From: Parasitella parasitica NRRL 2501
Lineage: Eukaryota; Fungi; Mucoromycota
Reading direction: 5' to 3'
NCBI GenBank assembly: GCA_025201805.1
Contig: MU619366.1
Location: 26,663-90,662, forward strand
Length of the DNA stretch: 64,000 nt
The translations under genes and the position numbers were made by a program. Below the pieces are notes generated by a model. The model saw only the letters and a list, made by a program, of their open reading frames with translations. It was not told where the DNA came from and searched no databases. This document shows positions 23,157 through 36,430 of the stretch, piece after piece; the stretch's first letter is position 1; every line of letters starts with the position of its first letter.

Positions 23157-26100
23157 ATGGCACAAGTAAGGATACGTGACACGTCCAAGCAATTTCACCT
23201 AATTGATGCAATGTTGAATAGCCAACGCCGCTACCTTTCTTTCGTCAAAAAAGAATCATATCAAGTTTAAATGTACCTCGTAGATACGAAGCGCCCGTCG
23301 CTATATTAAGAGCAACAAGCTTTGTTCCTGCCATGCTCAACGTTGTTCACAACTTGCGAGAAGCACGGAGAGTTCCCCTGCGAGATGCCGGTGGGCCAAT
23401 ATTAATACAGACAACACAGGCAGAATACTATGTGGCTGTTCTTTGGGTAGATATTGGCTGGATCAGTGCGCACGCATACTGACTAGTTTTTCATTAGTGC
23501 GTACTTGCAGGTTTCTGGAGTTGGGTGCTAGCAACGAGCATGATGAAACGGTGGCTGTATCATTATGAAATCAAGCATGCGATCATTCGACTATTGACAC
23601 TGATAGTTGTAACATGGTGTCTATCAGGACTCATCACGTCAACAACCGACCCAACTGATCCTGTTCGAATCCAAATGACGATATGCTTTATTCTTCTGCT
23701 ATTCAACTTTCTGAAGCTTACATTTGCATCAAGCCCCAAATACAGCCAGAAACTCGAAGACGCTCTGCCGACAGCACGCTTCAATCTGAAAAGCACAGCA
23801 GTCCGCATACTGCTACTGCCTCTGCTTGCTGTGATGGCGCTATCAGCGTTTGTATTGACCGGACAAATCAACCGATTCCAGTACTCATCCATCCTGCTGA
23901 TGAATCAAAGGCAGTTTGATTTGGACAGCACCGTTAGCTCTACTGCCAGCAAAGTCACACTGCTTGTATTAATTGTATCTTCATGGTCATCGCAGGGCGC
24001 CGAGAAAAGACAGGTGCTAAGAGACTCATCATTACGTTGGACTGGCAGAGAAAGTGATACAAACATTATTTATCGTTTTGTCGTTGGCCAGCCGCCATCT
24101 TCACGTATCCAATCCTGGATGGGACCAAAGCTTGTGGAAGAATCGGACAAATACCATGATTTACTGGTAGTACCAGCTCCTGATCTGCAGTTGGACAAGG
24201 GTAAAAAAGTGTACCAAGCTCTCAAATGGGCGTCTGCCGCAGTAGAGCATGACTATCTCATCAAAACAGACGACGATGTGTTTGTTCGATGGGACGTTGT
24301 GCGCAAGGAATTGGGCGCACTGGGGCCTCGGGATAACTATTGGCAGGGATTCGTTTACAGGTACACTCGAGCCGAGAACGTTCATGCAGAAGGGGGGACA
24401 CTAACACAGTATTAGAAATATGCCAATCAGCTTTTTCAGCCCGTCAAAGAGTATGCTTTTGGACTACGGCATGCCAGTTTTGCCCACATTTACTTCTGGC
24501 ACATTGTATACGCTGTCGAGGAATATCGTAGACTTGATTGCAGACATCGACTATCCTCAAAGATTCATAGAGGCAGACGACGTGAATCTGTCTCTGTGGC
24601 TGTTTGGATTTGACATTCAACCCTTACACGACAAGCGCATTCAGGAAAGCCCCGACGTGTGCCAAGAATCAATGATTGCAAAACGAATTTCGTACGACAA
24701 ATTCAAGGATACCGTCAGCAAAATGTACAGCAATATCCTGCATAAAAACCCCCAATGCATGAGCCTCAACAAGCAAAGAAAATGCGCCACTTGCTACCCA
24801 TGCAATGGCAAATCAGACGACTGGCGATCCAGCAATCTCCAATGTGATGCTAGCCGTGGTGTCTCTCTTCTCAAGCAGGAATTTGTCAAAATCCCAGGTC
24901 CCATTGTAAAGGACCAGCTTGAGCCGTCTGTCATTGGCGAAAATGACCAGTGGATCATCAAGGACATTTTATCTGCAAAGACATCCATTTACACCGAAGA
25001 TGAGGCCAACTGGCATCTTTTGTATTGGGTATGTTGGACCAGCGACCCGTCCACCTTCACAGACCGCCACTGGCGTGCGCTTGAGATGGTCTGGATTCAT
25101 GAGCCTAACGCTGTCATCATTATGATGTCCAACTCGCTGCCAGAAAACTTTTTCCACGACTACACTCGGCGCGGGTACAACATTCAGGTAGTCCACTTTA
25201 ACAAGGAGAATCTTTTAAAGTGGAACTGGTACTTTGGCCCAGGCACACAGGACTGGCTCCAAGACTGGGACAGATGGGAAAAGGGCAAGTTTTTTTACTG
25301 GCATTTGACCGACTACATCCGCTGTCTGCTGCTGTACAACTATGGTGGCACCTATATGGACATGGATGCTCTGTGGATTCGTATTCCGCCAGATCAGAAC
25401 CTGGAATTCATTGGGTCCGACTACTCGAGTGTGCACTCTGATCGCGAGTGGACGTTGGACGACAGAGGTTTGTACTTGCCGCAAGGCTTGATGCGATTCA
25501 AACGTGGGTGGAAGCTGTTTCGTGAAATGGCAGAGGGCGCGTTCTCTGCCTTTAATTACGACCCTGAATGCTTCAACTGCGGTGGCCCCAAAGCCATTAC
25601 GTCTTATGTGCGTCAGCGCCGTGGGGTACTGGAAGATGCTGGTTTGACCATTCTACCTCGCAAAGTGCTGTATCCTTTTAGCTATCTCGAAATCCACAAA
25701 CTGCTGCAGCCTAATCCTTTGGCCGAACAGGAGGTCAAGACCAAGATCGAGCCCTTCAGCTGGAACATCCATTTGTTTGGCAAGATGACAAACCACTTGC
25801 CTGTTCAGCCCAACAGCGTCATAGATTACGTGTTCAAAAAGTTTGACTTGGATCTACCCCACCGCGATACCAGCTCGCATAAGATCATTTCGTCGACTCA
25901 GTCCATGACTGTACCGATGCAGCTGGTTGGTCCCCGTGATTACATTTACAAGGCTGTCTCAGACCGCATGTTGGAGGACGATAAAAAGAAAGGGAATCTG
26001 CTTCGACTCCAGCCCACGCCTGGTAAATTCCAGGGCATCCATGTTATCTACGTTCGAGGTGGTCCTGATCGTATTCCCAAGGTCTCCATTGTGCTGGATA

Positions 26101-26417
26101 CAGCAATCGGACGCACAAGCATCAACAATGGCACCGAAGAGAAGCTAACCACGTTTGAACTACACGACGTGTCCATGAAAGAGGTGAATGGTGCATTAAG
26201 CTCAATCAAATACAATCCGCCCAAATTGATGCTTGCAAACGGGGGCCGAGATCGATTAAAGGTAGATGTTACGTACGACTATGGCGGTGGGCGTCTCGAA
26301 AAGGGACAGGCGCAAATCACAGTGGTGGTGATGGAGCCTGAAGAAGAAGATGAAAAATTAGAGGACGAGCAGGAGGACGAGGCGCTCTGGATCAACAAGG
26401 CAAAGAAGAAAGACTAG
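23157..26417 (+). CDS. Three-domain protein: EOS1-like membrane domain + GT31 glycosyltransferase + GT32 glycosyltransferase; introns ~23166-23221, ~23447-23497, 24361-24415
   Basis: EOS1-like EYYVAVLWCVLAGFWSWVLATSMMKRWLYHYEIKHAIIRLLTL; GT31 DYLIKTDDDVFVRW, PTFTSGTLYTLS, EADDVNLSLWL; GT32 HLTDYIRCLLLYNYGGTYMDMD; intron gtacac..ctaac..tag joins ORFs 23525 and 24420 in frame (YR/NMP). Confidence 0.85.
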
Positions 26418-26726
26418 AACAAACTCTCATCAAATCCATTCCATTCCAATTTTTTTTTTTTGAATATAGAAGAACTCTTAATACATAGAACAGCGCAAAA
26501 AAAAAATAACACTCATTACATCCACACATTACTTGATTTCTGGAGTTGCAAAATACAGGACTTCATAATATACCGCTACAAGAATTTTGATAAAAAAGTA
26601 ACGTTTATTAGAACTAGAGGATGGCAATTTTACAGTTTATGTGAGTGTACACATGTACATAATAGCATTGGGGGGGGGGGAAGGGGGGCCAAGATAAATA
26701 GAGATTATATAAAAAAAAAAAAAAAG

Positions 26727-28041
26727 TTATTTTGTGGGTGTTGGTAAAGCGCCAGCAATGTTCAAGGCTTGTTCCAAGTCCTCTAATAGATCTTCGACAT
26801 CTTCAATGCCGACACACAAACGGATCAAATCTTCGGGAAGTGATCGTTCAGCACGGATATGGGCAGGAATGGAAGCGTGCGACATTCTGCAGGGCATACT
26901 GATCAGCGAATTAACGCAGCCAAAAGAGACGCTGATACTCCAAAGCTTCGTGCCCTCGACAATTCTCTCTGAAATCCCAGTGTCGCCTGTTTCAAAGCTA
27001 AGCACGGCGCCGGGGCCAGAGGACATGGATTTGTGTAAGTCGTATTGAGGATGCGATAAAAGCCCAGGGAAATGCACCTTGAAGCCTTGAGCCTCCAAGT
27101 AATCAGCAATGCGGATGCAGCTCGCTTGCTGTTTGTCCATGCGGACTGCCAGTGTCTTGACGCCTCGCAGCAAAAGCCATGAGTCGAACGGACTGAGGCC
27201 GCAGCCAGTTGCATTGATCACATAGTACAGTTCATCGCCCACAGAGGCGTTTTTGGCACCGATGACACCGGCCATCAAGTCGTGGTGTCCGGATAGATAC
27301 TTTGTGCCAGAATGGTACGAGATATCGGCGCCTAGTTCAAGAGGTCTTTGCAGATAGGGGGACATCATGGTGTTGTCGACCACCACCAACGCATTGGGAC
27401 AGCGTTCGTGGACGTGCTTTGCGATGGTTGGAATATCAGTGATTTTGATGAGTGGGTTTGTGGGGGACTCTAGCAAGACGAGACGGGTTTTGTCAGACAA
27501 GTAGGGCAGGATGGACTCGGATTTGGTTGTGTCGATGTGGTGAGTTTTTACGTTTTGAGATTTGGCAAGAAAGCTCAAAAGACGATTGGTGCCACCGTAC
27601 AGATCATCACCGGCGATAATCTCCTCTCCAGACCGCACGAGACGAGTAATCACATCCAATGCACCCATGCCACTTGTCACAACCAATGCTCTCTCTGCTC
27701 CCATAATCTTTGCCAGATGGTTTTCTAAGGGAGGCTGTTAATTCTAATGTTGTTGATGCCGAGAGCAGCAGCAGCAGCAGCAGCAGCAGCGTAAAAATAA
27801 AAATAAAAAAAATCCACTCACCAACATGAGAACGAGTGGGATTTCCGCTGCGAGAATAATCGTATTCGCCCGAGGCGGTGGCTCCCTTTTGCTTGAATGT
27901 AGCTGTCTGATAGATGGGTACAGAAGCGGCATTATGAGGGTCGTCTGAATTATCTACAGTTACAACCTCAGTTGCGAAGCGATATCTTCTGGGCGCATTA
28001 ACGACGGAGGCAGCAGGTGAAGATGGCAAAATGTCTGTCAT
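26727..28041 (-). CDS. STR3: Cystathionine beta-lyase (Cys/Met PLP-dependent family); one intron ~27821-27729
   Basis: SVPIYQTATF, YDYSRSGNPTR, LESPTNP, VDNT, PLP lysine in HSGTKYLSGH, SVSFGCVNSLISMPCRMSHASIP. Confidence 0.92.
27766..27789 (+). repeat. (CAG)8 microsatellite in the cystathionine beta-lyase intron
   Basis: Read directly from the sequence. Confidence 0.95.
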
Positions 28042-28317
28042 TTTTATATAAAGTAGTTGAATAGCTTTTTTTCTTTTTTTTCTAAAAAAATATTTCTAAT
28101 GTTTGCTTTATATACAATTGAAGAAAAATATAAAAAAAAAAGAAAACAAAAAAAAAAAAGATGGAGCATAGAGATTTGATGGAATAGAGAGTTTTTAGAG
28201 GGGTTCTTGAATGAGTTCGAACCAATCATATTACTTGTAGATGGTCAAATCAGTAGCATAATGAGGCGGGAATTAGGGTTTTTTTTTAATGTACTTGAGT
28301 CTAAAAGGTATAAAAAA

Positions 28318-31300
28318 TTAGGAGGCAATATGGAATCCCAGCTTTTTGGTTTTCGGCTCCAATTTCTCTTTGGGGATCCTGTCGTTTGGATTGACAATGG
28401 ACGGTGTAGAGTGCTTTTGAAACGATTTATCGCTGCTTGTTGTTGTTGTAAAGGGAATGCATGACGTGGAAAGAGTGATTGTGGCGAAAAGCTCATCCAG
28501 CTGCTGCAGCAGTTCAGCCGTGAAGCTCATTTCGAATATCTCGAGTACGTACTTTCGCACCGGAGATCTGAAATGGTAGCTACCGAGCAGCTGACACACG
28601 GAATAGTATAGATCTACGCGCTTGAACGAATCCGGATAAACCTGTCGTAGTCTAGGAGCACATGTTAGATCCCTACAGATTCAAATGTCGAGGGTTTCTT
28701 GTTTACCTTGCAAGATTTTTAGATGCTTCGTTGGCTAGTATATGGTTGCTCATATCACCAATGTTCTTGAGAATATCTGCGCCGACGGAATCGGCAGTGG
28801 CAGATTTTGGCAGCTGAGGTGGTGCAGACAATGCTGCCTTGTATTTCCAATTTCTTATCTATAGTAAATGAATGAGCATGCGTGGCAAACATGCTGTACA
28901 AAAAAAAAAAAAAAAAAANNNNNNNNNNNNNNNNNNNNNNNNNNNNNNNNNNNNNNNNNNNNNNNNNNNNNNNNNNNNNNNNNNNNNNNNNNNNNNNNNN
29001 NNNNNNNNNNNNNNNNNNNNNNNNNNNNNNNNNNNNNNNNNNNNNNNNNNNNNNNNNNNNNNNNNNNNNNNNNNNNNNNNNNNNNNNNNNNNNNNNNNNN
29101 NNNNNNNNNNNNNNNNNNNNNNNNNNAAAAAAAAAAAAAAAAATCAAGCCGACACAATCAATCACTTACCCCTTCAACGATAGGATATCGCTACTCTCTG
29201 CCATTTCCACGATATCCTTGACAATATCCTCTTCCTCCAAGAAAGGCAAGCCATTCTTGGTAGCGCCGATATTGCCCAACGCCCATAGTACTGCTTTCAA
29301 TTGTGCGATTGACGCTTCCACTTGGTCAAGCTTGTCAATAGAAAAGTTGCGCACATAGTTGGAAAACTGCTTAAAATGCCCTCTTTCTCGCAGCAAGCTA
29401 CATCCCTCGTCGGTTTTGGTCAGCTCACCGTAAAAGTGAGGAGGCGCCAGACCATCTCCCGGTTTCCTGCACGAAACAAAATGTTAGCTTTGTCCACACA
29501 ATGACAATGAACCGTATTTTTGAAATACATTACAGTGCTTCAAAATCATTCTCACTGTCTACCCTTTCTTCAAATGGATTGACCGTCTTTTTCTCGGGTG
29601 TATTTATCAATGCTCTCGCCAGCGAAAGTTCTAATTGAATTACATAGTTTTGATTTCCTCTCTACGTTCATATGGTTCAGAGTGTGTGTCTTGTAATCTT
29701 TTACTATTCTAGAATGCCTACCTCAAACCAGTCATCCATCTCTTTTTCCACGTATCCCAAGGCATTCAGGTACCGGAATCCAGTGGATGTCGATAAGAAT
29801 CTCAGCAGCAGTGGGTTCCCAAGTTCGCCTAAATGGCCCAAGCTAGGTCTGCACTTGACCAGCAATTCCAGGTTGGCCTGTTTTTCACAAGCTTCATCCA
29901 GCAGATTAACTGCAGTTTGACACACATCCATATGCGTATCGTACAGCTGTGTAACAAGCAAACGAATGACCCAGTCGTTGTACTCGGCTTCCGACTGTCG
30001 CATAATAACGCCAACATGTTGTGTAGCAAACAAACGAATGGGATTGTAGCCAGACGTCATGATCTTCGACAGCAAGACTCGCGGGTGGCCATCCAGCGTG
30101 TAGTCCAAGTTGGTAATCATCGCTACCTTGAGATCAGTGCGGTTTTTAAGCTCGGAAATCTGATAAAAGCAGCTAAAGATCTTGAACTTTTCCATGATGC
30201 GGACGCCCTCCTTGTACTTTGAAAATGTGCCCAACAATGCAAAGTATCCGCATGTAAGTGTGCTTTCCATGCGCTCCTTGGAAAAGATGGGCTCTGTTTC
30301 TGTATTTCCACTGTTCATCACAAGAGGGTCGAGCTCGTTGAACGCAGAGGCAATGTCATTGAGCAGCTTGTTTTCGCTCAGGTACCGCACACCATCAGCG
30401 TTCGTGAGCAGCGTCGACAGCAGAGTACAGCCCGTCTTTACGTAGCGATTAATAGTGCCCTTTGTTGCGTTCATGTCTGAAAACTGGTGCCTGAACGGGC
30501 GGTAGAACGCCAACAGACGTTTGATGAACTTTTTGCCCCGCATGGCCTCTTCTAGCCGTCGAGGGTTGAGCAGTGGACCTTGCAGCAGCTCTATGACGCT
30601 ATCCCAATTCCACTTTGTGTAATCTTTGGTATTCAGCACTTGCGTGTCCATCAACAGCTGTCGGAAATGCGTATCGTCAATGGCATAGCCAATCTTTAAT
30701 TTGACTTCGTGCACTTTTTCCTGCGTGCGCACCGAGGGTGTGTTGGACAAAAGCCGCTCGCCTCCCTTGTAGGTTGCCAGTGCAGAGGGTGCGTTTGAAG
30801 TCATGTAGCGCGTGCGTGCGCGAGTGAGGCGGTCGATGTGTGCCAAGGCTGCCGTTGCATTATGCCTCACTTGTTCATCCTGGAAGTTGGATGCTAGTGT
30901 GAATAGTTTGGGTAATGACTGGACCTGGATCGCCATCAGAATGGGTAAAAGACGGGTCGATAGTTGCAGTATTTCACCAATGAGCAGCGTTGCTTTTCTG
31001 GACATGTAAATGTCGTCCGACTTGACCATATCTATAAGCGCCATGAGGATGTCAGATTCGATAAAGATGATGATGATGATGCTAAGATGGTGATCCAGCA
31101 TCTTTAACCGCTCTGCGTTGCTGGCAGTAGTCGCCCCTGAATTCAAGCTACATCTCGCATAGGCGTCAGGACTGATACCGCCAGCCGTCATCAGGTTGGA
31201 CATGATGGCGTCGTTCAAGACGCTTGCTGGCCCAGGTCGCGAGGTCTTTGCCTCTTCAGCTGCTGTGTTGGGCGCAATCTGGACGGTATGTTGTCGGCCG

Positions 31301-33329
31301 GACAAAAAGCTGTGGTGATCTTTGGGCAGCTTTACACGGAATACGTCAAAGAACATGTCCAGTACCAATTTCTGGACATAAAGAAGCCAGCGCATCAATA
31401 ACCCCATATANNNNNNNNNNNNNNNNNNNNNNNNNNNNNNNNNNNNNNNNNNNNNNNNNNNNNNNNNNNNNNNNNNNNNNNNNNNNNNNNNNNNNNNNNN
31501 NNNNNNNNNNNNNNNNNNNNNNNNNNNNNNNNNNNNNNNNNNNNNNNNNNNNNNNNNNNNNNNNNNNNNNNNNNNNNNNNNNNNNNNNNNNNNNNNNNNN
31601 NNNNNNNNNNNNNNNNNNNNNNNNNNNNNNNNNNNNNNNNNNNNNNNNNNNNNNNNNNNNNNNNNNNNNNNNNNNNNNNNNNNNNNNNNNNNNNNNNNNN
31701 NNNNNNNNNNNNNNNNNNNNNNNNNNNNNNNNNNNNNNNNNNNNNNNNNNNNNNNNNNNNNNNNNNNNNNNNNNNNNNNNNNNNNNNNNNNNNNNNNNNN
31801 NNNNNNNNNNNNNNNNNNNNNNNNNTTTTTTTTTTTAAAAAAAAAAGAGTATTCGTTAGTGCAACGTGTCATGATATTGGCCTAATGTTTCGTACTTAAT
31901 TCAGCCAGTGTTTCCAACGCAATATTCCTTAGTCGGCAGTCTTGTTGCTCGGCAATAGCGACAATAGCCCTGACAATGCCTTGGTTTATATGTCTCACGC
32001 CTCCATACTCAATAAATGCTCTGATTAGTTTGACGGTCTGCTCTCTTTCAGGCTCATAGCCTTCGGGATCACGGGCTAATGCTCTGTTGCATCAGATAGT
32101 GAGTATACAATTCGAACAGTGACACATCAGATATATAATGTACCTGACACAAAATATATCCAATTGGTGGGCTATCATAATCTCCACATCGTCAGGCCCT
32201 TCGACTAGCAATCTCAAAGCACGCAGACCCAAAATTCGAATTTCTCTATGTGGGCTGATGATAGATTGTCTCAAGCTGTACAAGTAATCTTAGTAATAGC
32301 AACAACACTCGTTGGTGTCGTCCCCTGCTACTTGCCTCGTTATCAGCTTTTTCTTTGAATAATGCGCTTCAATGCCAGTTGTATTTTTTAATATTCTTAT
32401 CAGCACTTCGAGTTTTTCCAGCTTTGACTCTTTAACAGCGTTGGGCGGCGACCGACTCGTATTTACTGTCTTCCATTCATCAATTTCGAGCTGCTGCATG
32501 ATATGATCTAATCGGTTTCCTATAGGCCAAGCGTCTAAATCTTACAATCAATTTACCATCATAATGAATACATCATGCACTGACATACCATCATCTGGGT
32601 AAGATATATTCTCCATTGCTGCCTTTTGTTTGCCCTTTGATGTGCCATTATTCGACCTCAATTTTGAGCGTGATTGTGCTAGTGTGGATGGAGTGATTGC
32701 GTCTGAAAAGCTAGTGCCAGCGTATTTATGAGCCTTTAAAAGTTTGGTGACTTCAATGATGTTGTTTCCTGAATTAGCTATTATTGCGCATGTATAACAG
32801 AAGAGGTTAGAAACGGCGTAAGTCTGCGTGTAATTTTTTTTTTTTTTTTTGCATGTGTCGATATTACCAGCACTAGTCCGCAAGTACTCGATACGTTTTC
32901 TTGTGTTTTCGATGGCTTTATTGTACTCTTCTAGCTGCACTTCCAGCTCTTTGGTTCGCTTTTTGTCTCTTAAGTACACTTCAAGCATATTCTCCACTCC
33001 TGATTTCATTTTGGTCTCTTTATCGAGTCGACCAAGCAACTCTGTCAACTAAAGTGTGTGTGGGGGAGGGGGGAGAGAGAGAGCCATAAAAGCGTGTTAT
33101 CGCATGTCATATGTGGATACTATCTTTGGGCGTTTACCTCTTCAACTATTGGCTTGTCTCTCTGCTGTGTCTGCGCTGTTGGACTCGGCAGCGTTGCATT
33201 TATCGTGGCCCTGGACGAGTAAGTTGTAGCAATGTCTGAATTGGGCGACAGGTTGTTGGTGCTCGCCTGCTCGTTTGCGTTGGATTGCTGTGAGGTGGAT
33301 AATGTACTTAAAGAAGGTGATGGACACAT
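28318..33329 (-). CDS. RICTOR: Rictor / Avo3 / Ste20 (TORC2 scaffold) with N-terminal HR1 domain; multi-exon, interrupted by two N gaps
   Basis: HR1-like LDKETKMKSGVENML; EREQTVKLIRAFI; TKDYTKWNWD; FIKRLLAFYRP; YTLDGHPRVLLSK; PLLLRFLSTSTGF; PPHFYGEL; LKAVLWALGNIG. Confidence 0.93.
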
Positions 33330-33439
33330 TTCATTTGTCTAATATGTTTTTTGTCGCTCAGGAATAACAAGAATAAAAAGAAAAATCAGGACAATTCCAC
33401 GGGCAAATTTATTAAATTTATTCTTGTTGCGACCAGAAA

Positions 33440-33470
<31 letters not shown>

Positions 33471-33526
33471 GATGGGGCTCCATATCACGTGCGTGTGTGT
33501 GTGTGTGTGTGTGTGTGTTTGTGTGT
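33440..33526 (+). repeat. (CAG)9 at 33440-33466 followed by a (GT)n tract, upstream of the Rictor start
   Basis: Read directly from the sequence. Confidence 0.95.
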
Positions 33527-33654
33527 ACTCAATTTCCCCCCACCAGAGGCAGAAATCCAATAAGAAAATTATGCAACCATTTTTTCACTCCTGGCCTTGG
33601 CTGTATTATGCAATGAAAGCTATTTCAAGATCTTGCGGAAAAAAAAATTAACCT

Positions 33655-34515
33655 TTATTGAATGGATTGATATTTAGGCCCTGACCTCTTGTTATTAGCT
33701 GCTCTCTCTACGGAAAGAAAAAGAATTGGCTTGGTGTTTGTGCATCCATCTCATTCCCAAATAACTTACTAGCTTTGAATTCAGCAACGTCCTTGTTGAT
33801 TTCAGTCATAACTTCCTTGTAAAGTTGAGGTCTGTAACCCAAGAAAAACAAGACCTCGAAAAAGACAAAATAGGGCGCTGATACAAGCGCTATGAAAAAC
33901 AAACGAAATTAGATCCTGGCTCAAAGCAAATGTACTACAAAAAAGCTATCGTCTACCTTGTACAAGGTTGTCCAGTAGCTTTGGGCTTCTCTTTTCTGCC
34001 AAGCCATGTCCCAAGAACTGGAAAATCCACGAAATGATGTGAATCGCCAGAGCAATTTTGTTGGCTTTGGGGTTCGTTTCCAAAAATTTGGTCGCTGTAT
34101 AGCTCATAGCTATCAAGATGGGAGAGGCAATACTCTATTTTTTTTTCTTTTCAAATCAACACAACCGTGTCTCCACAAACCTTACAAAAAAACCAAACTT
34201 ACAGCTGCGATGGGGTCCAAAATGGCATAGTAAGTCAAGTAGAATATGACTGTAGCAAAGGCTAAATTGGGGCCGAATGGCTTGAGGAATGCAAGGACGG
34301 TGCCATCGACATTGAATAGTGGCCCTGTATTGGAAGCAAACACTAGAGCTGTAATCGAGCTGAATAAGCAAGCTAATTTTCATACTGCCATGAACTTTAC
34401 CTGTCCAAAAAATAGAAGGTACAAACACCATATGAATTGCGACATTGATTTTGTTATTGTGATGCGAGCCATACACCACAAGCTGCTTTTTTAAACTAAA
34501 GATATCTGCTGTCAT
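33655..34515 (-). CDS. MPO1: Mpo1/DUF962 family ER membrane protein (2-hydroxy fatty acid alpha-oxidation); 5 exons
   Basis: QLVVYGSHHNNKINVAIHMVFVP, WIFQFLGHGLAEKRSPKLLDNL, APYFVFFEVLFFLGYRPQL; final intron leads to ...PKYQSIQ stop at 33657-33655. Confidence 0.85.
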
Positions 34516-35099
34516 TTGCCTTTGGTGTCAGTTTTGATACAAGTTTGTTTATTACAAAAAAGAAAAGGAAAGAAGGAAAAAATTAAGAGGGAGTGGTTGG
34601 ATTTTTTCCGGCATAATTTAACAACAAAAAGGTCTCACAAGAAGAGCATCAAGTCAACACCTACCAAAATTGGTCAATTATCGATTACAAGTAGCTCATG
34701 TCACTTGAGCATATGGCTTCATTGGTTTCGCTGATGCGTTTCTTATTGACACAAGCTGAATAACTTGAGCGAGAATGCATAAGTAGCTGCTGGCTGAGAA
34801 GCGCAAAATGCAAGAATACCACGCATTCTCATTTCAATCGAGCATGTGGCATTACAAGGTGTACGATATTAATGTACGAATTTATGGAATTTTGATGCTG
34901 GAGTGCATGCAAAAATGCATTGTCCATATGAAAAGGGCAATCCATGGCATTTTAAACTTTTCAGCAGCGCTGAAATGTTGCTAATAACCACTTGGGATGA
35001 AAATACCATAAAGTGTTGTTCATCTGCATGCCTCCAAACCTCATCAGTCGATTACCCTAATATCAAAGTAGTTCAGTGCAATTACAGAGGACAGCAGAG

Positions 35100-35877
35100 A
35101 AGCTAAATTCCTTAATAATTTGTCCAGTTCTTTAGTTTCCTATTACTGTTATTGTTGAAATATTGTCTTCATACAAGTCTTCAATACAACGTTTCCGCTT
35201 TGTCTACATTGGCGTTTCAAATATGTAACAATATTCAGGTTCAAACTTGCTACCGCTCCACTGTCCCACACTTGAGTTGCGATGTGTTTGAAAAGCTTTG
35301 AGGTGGCCACAACACTGGAATCTCTGTCTTGATTACGGGAGCAATCTGCAATTGTCCATACTGTCCAAGGTCTTGATTGAACATCAGTAGTAAAGTTGGA
35401 CGAACATCGGAAATCGATTGAACTTGGATCCTAGTTGGCGTAACTGAGCATGTTCATCGAACGGATAGGCATCGAATTGTGTCATTATTTCAATTTCTTC
35501 ATGTTTGCGTTTTTCCATAAAAATCCTTGAGCTTCTACTGGGTATGAACTCATTTGAGCTAGAGGGCACCGACAATTGACAATTGATTGCTCTCCAGGCG
35601 TGTAGATGAAGTGAATAAAACGTTCATGGTTTTGCTTCCCAATACTAATTTTGTAACATTGTCTTCATCAATCAAGTATAATGTATGTAGTGGCGTATCT
35701 AGATGCAGAAGCTCAGTAAGGGAATCCGAAGGAGATCCAGTCGTAGTGGGGACGTGTACCCATAGAGTTGAAGGGGAAAGCTAGCAGTGTCGTCCGCTGA
35801 CCGCAAAGGAGCAAGAGTGCTTGAATGGCCGCCAATTGTTGCTCCACCATTTGAAATTGTTCCTCAAGAGAGGACAT
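35100..35877 (-). pseudogene. Degenerate retroelement-derived ORF, probably a DIRS-type (tyrosine-recombinase retrotransposon) gag relic
   Basis: MSSLEEQFQMVEQQLAAIQA...TRPHYDW, then a 1-nt frameshift to SPSDSLTELLHLDTPLHT; resembles ORF1 of Mucorales DIRS-like elements as recalled; later stops and frameshifts. Confidence 0.45.
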
Positions 35878-36430
35878 GGCAAAGATTATAAAGAAATTAT
35901 ATGTATAATGAATGTATCAATTAAGCAGTAATGACCGAGCAAAAAAAAAAAAAAAGATTGGTAGTATAGCGTTAACATTTAATCTCTTTATATATCTTTG
36001 AATTCGCTATCAAATAAAGGTTCAAGAAGATTCTAACATAATACTCTAGTATTAACTGATAACCCTCCTTTACTTGGTCACTTGGGGGTTTTGATTTATC
36101 CATAAAAAATGAGGTTTTCAGTTTTTTGACTTTATCAAAACATTTCGCGAGACTTTTTTTTTTAGAAAAAATAATACCACATCGTAAAGCCTATCAAGTA
36201 GTACATATAACATTAAACAAGTCGAGCACAGTTGTTATGCGTTTTGTCTCTATAAAATACTTGAGAGTAAAAAACCCGAAAAAAAGTTTTAAAAACACAT
36301 AACAAAACAGTGGAAACTGTACATTTAAAACGTCGCACTAGCGAAAGTGAGTAGTAAAATCAATGTTTATTAACAATACTCGAGTATTTTGCAATATTTT
36401 AGATAAATTATGTCTGTACATGAGACTCTA

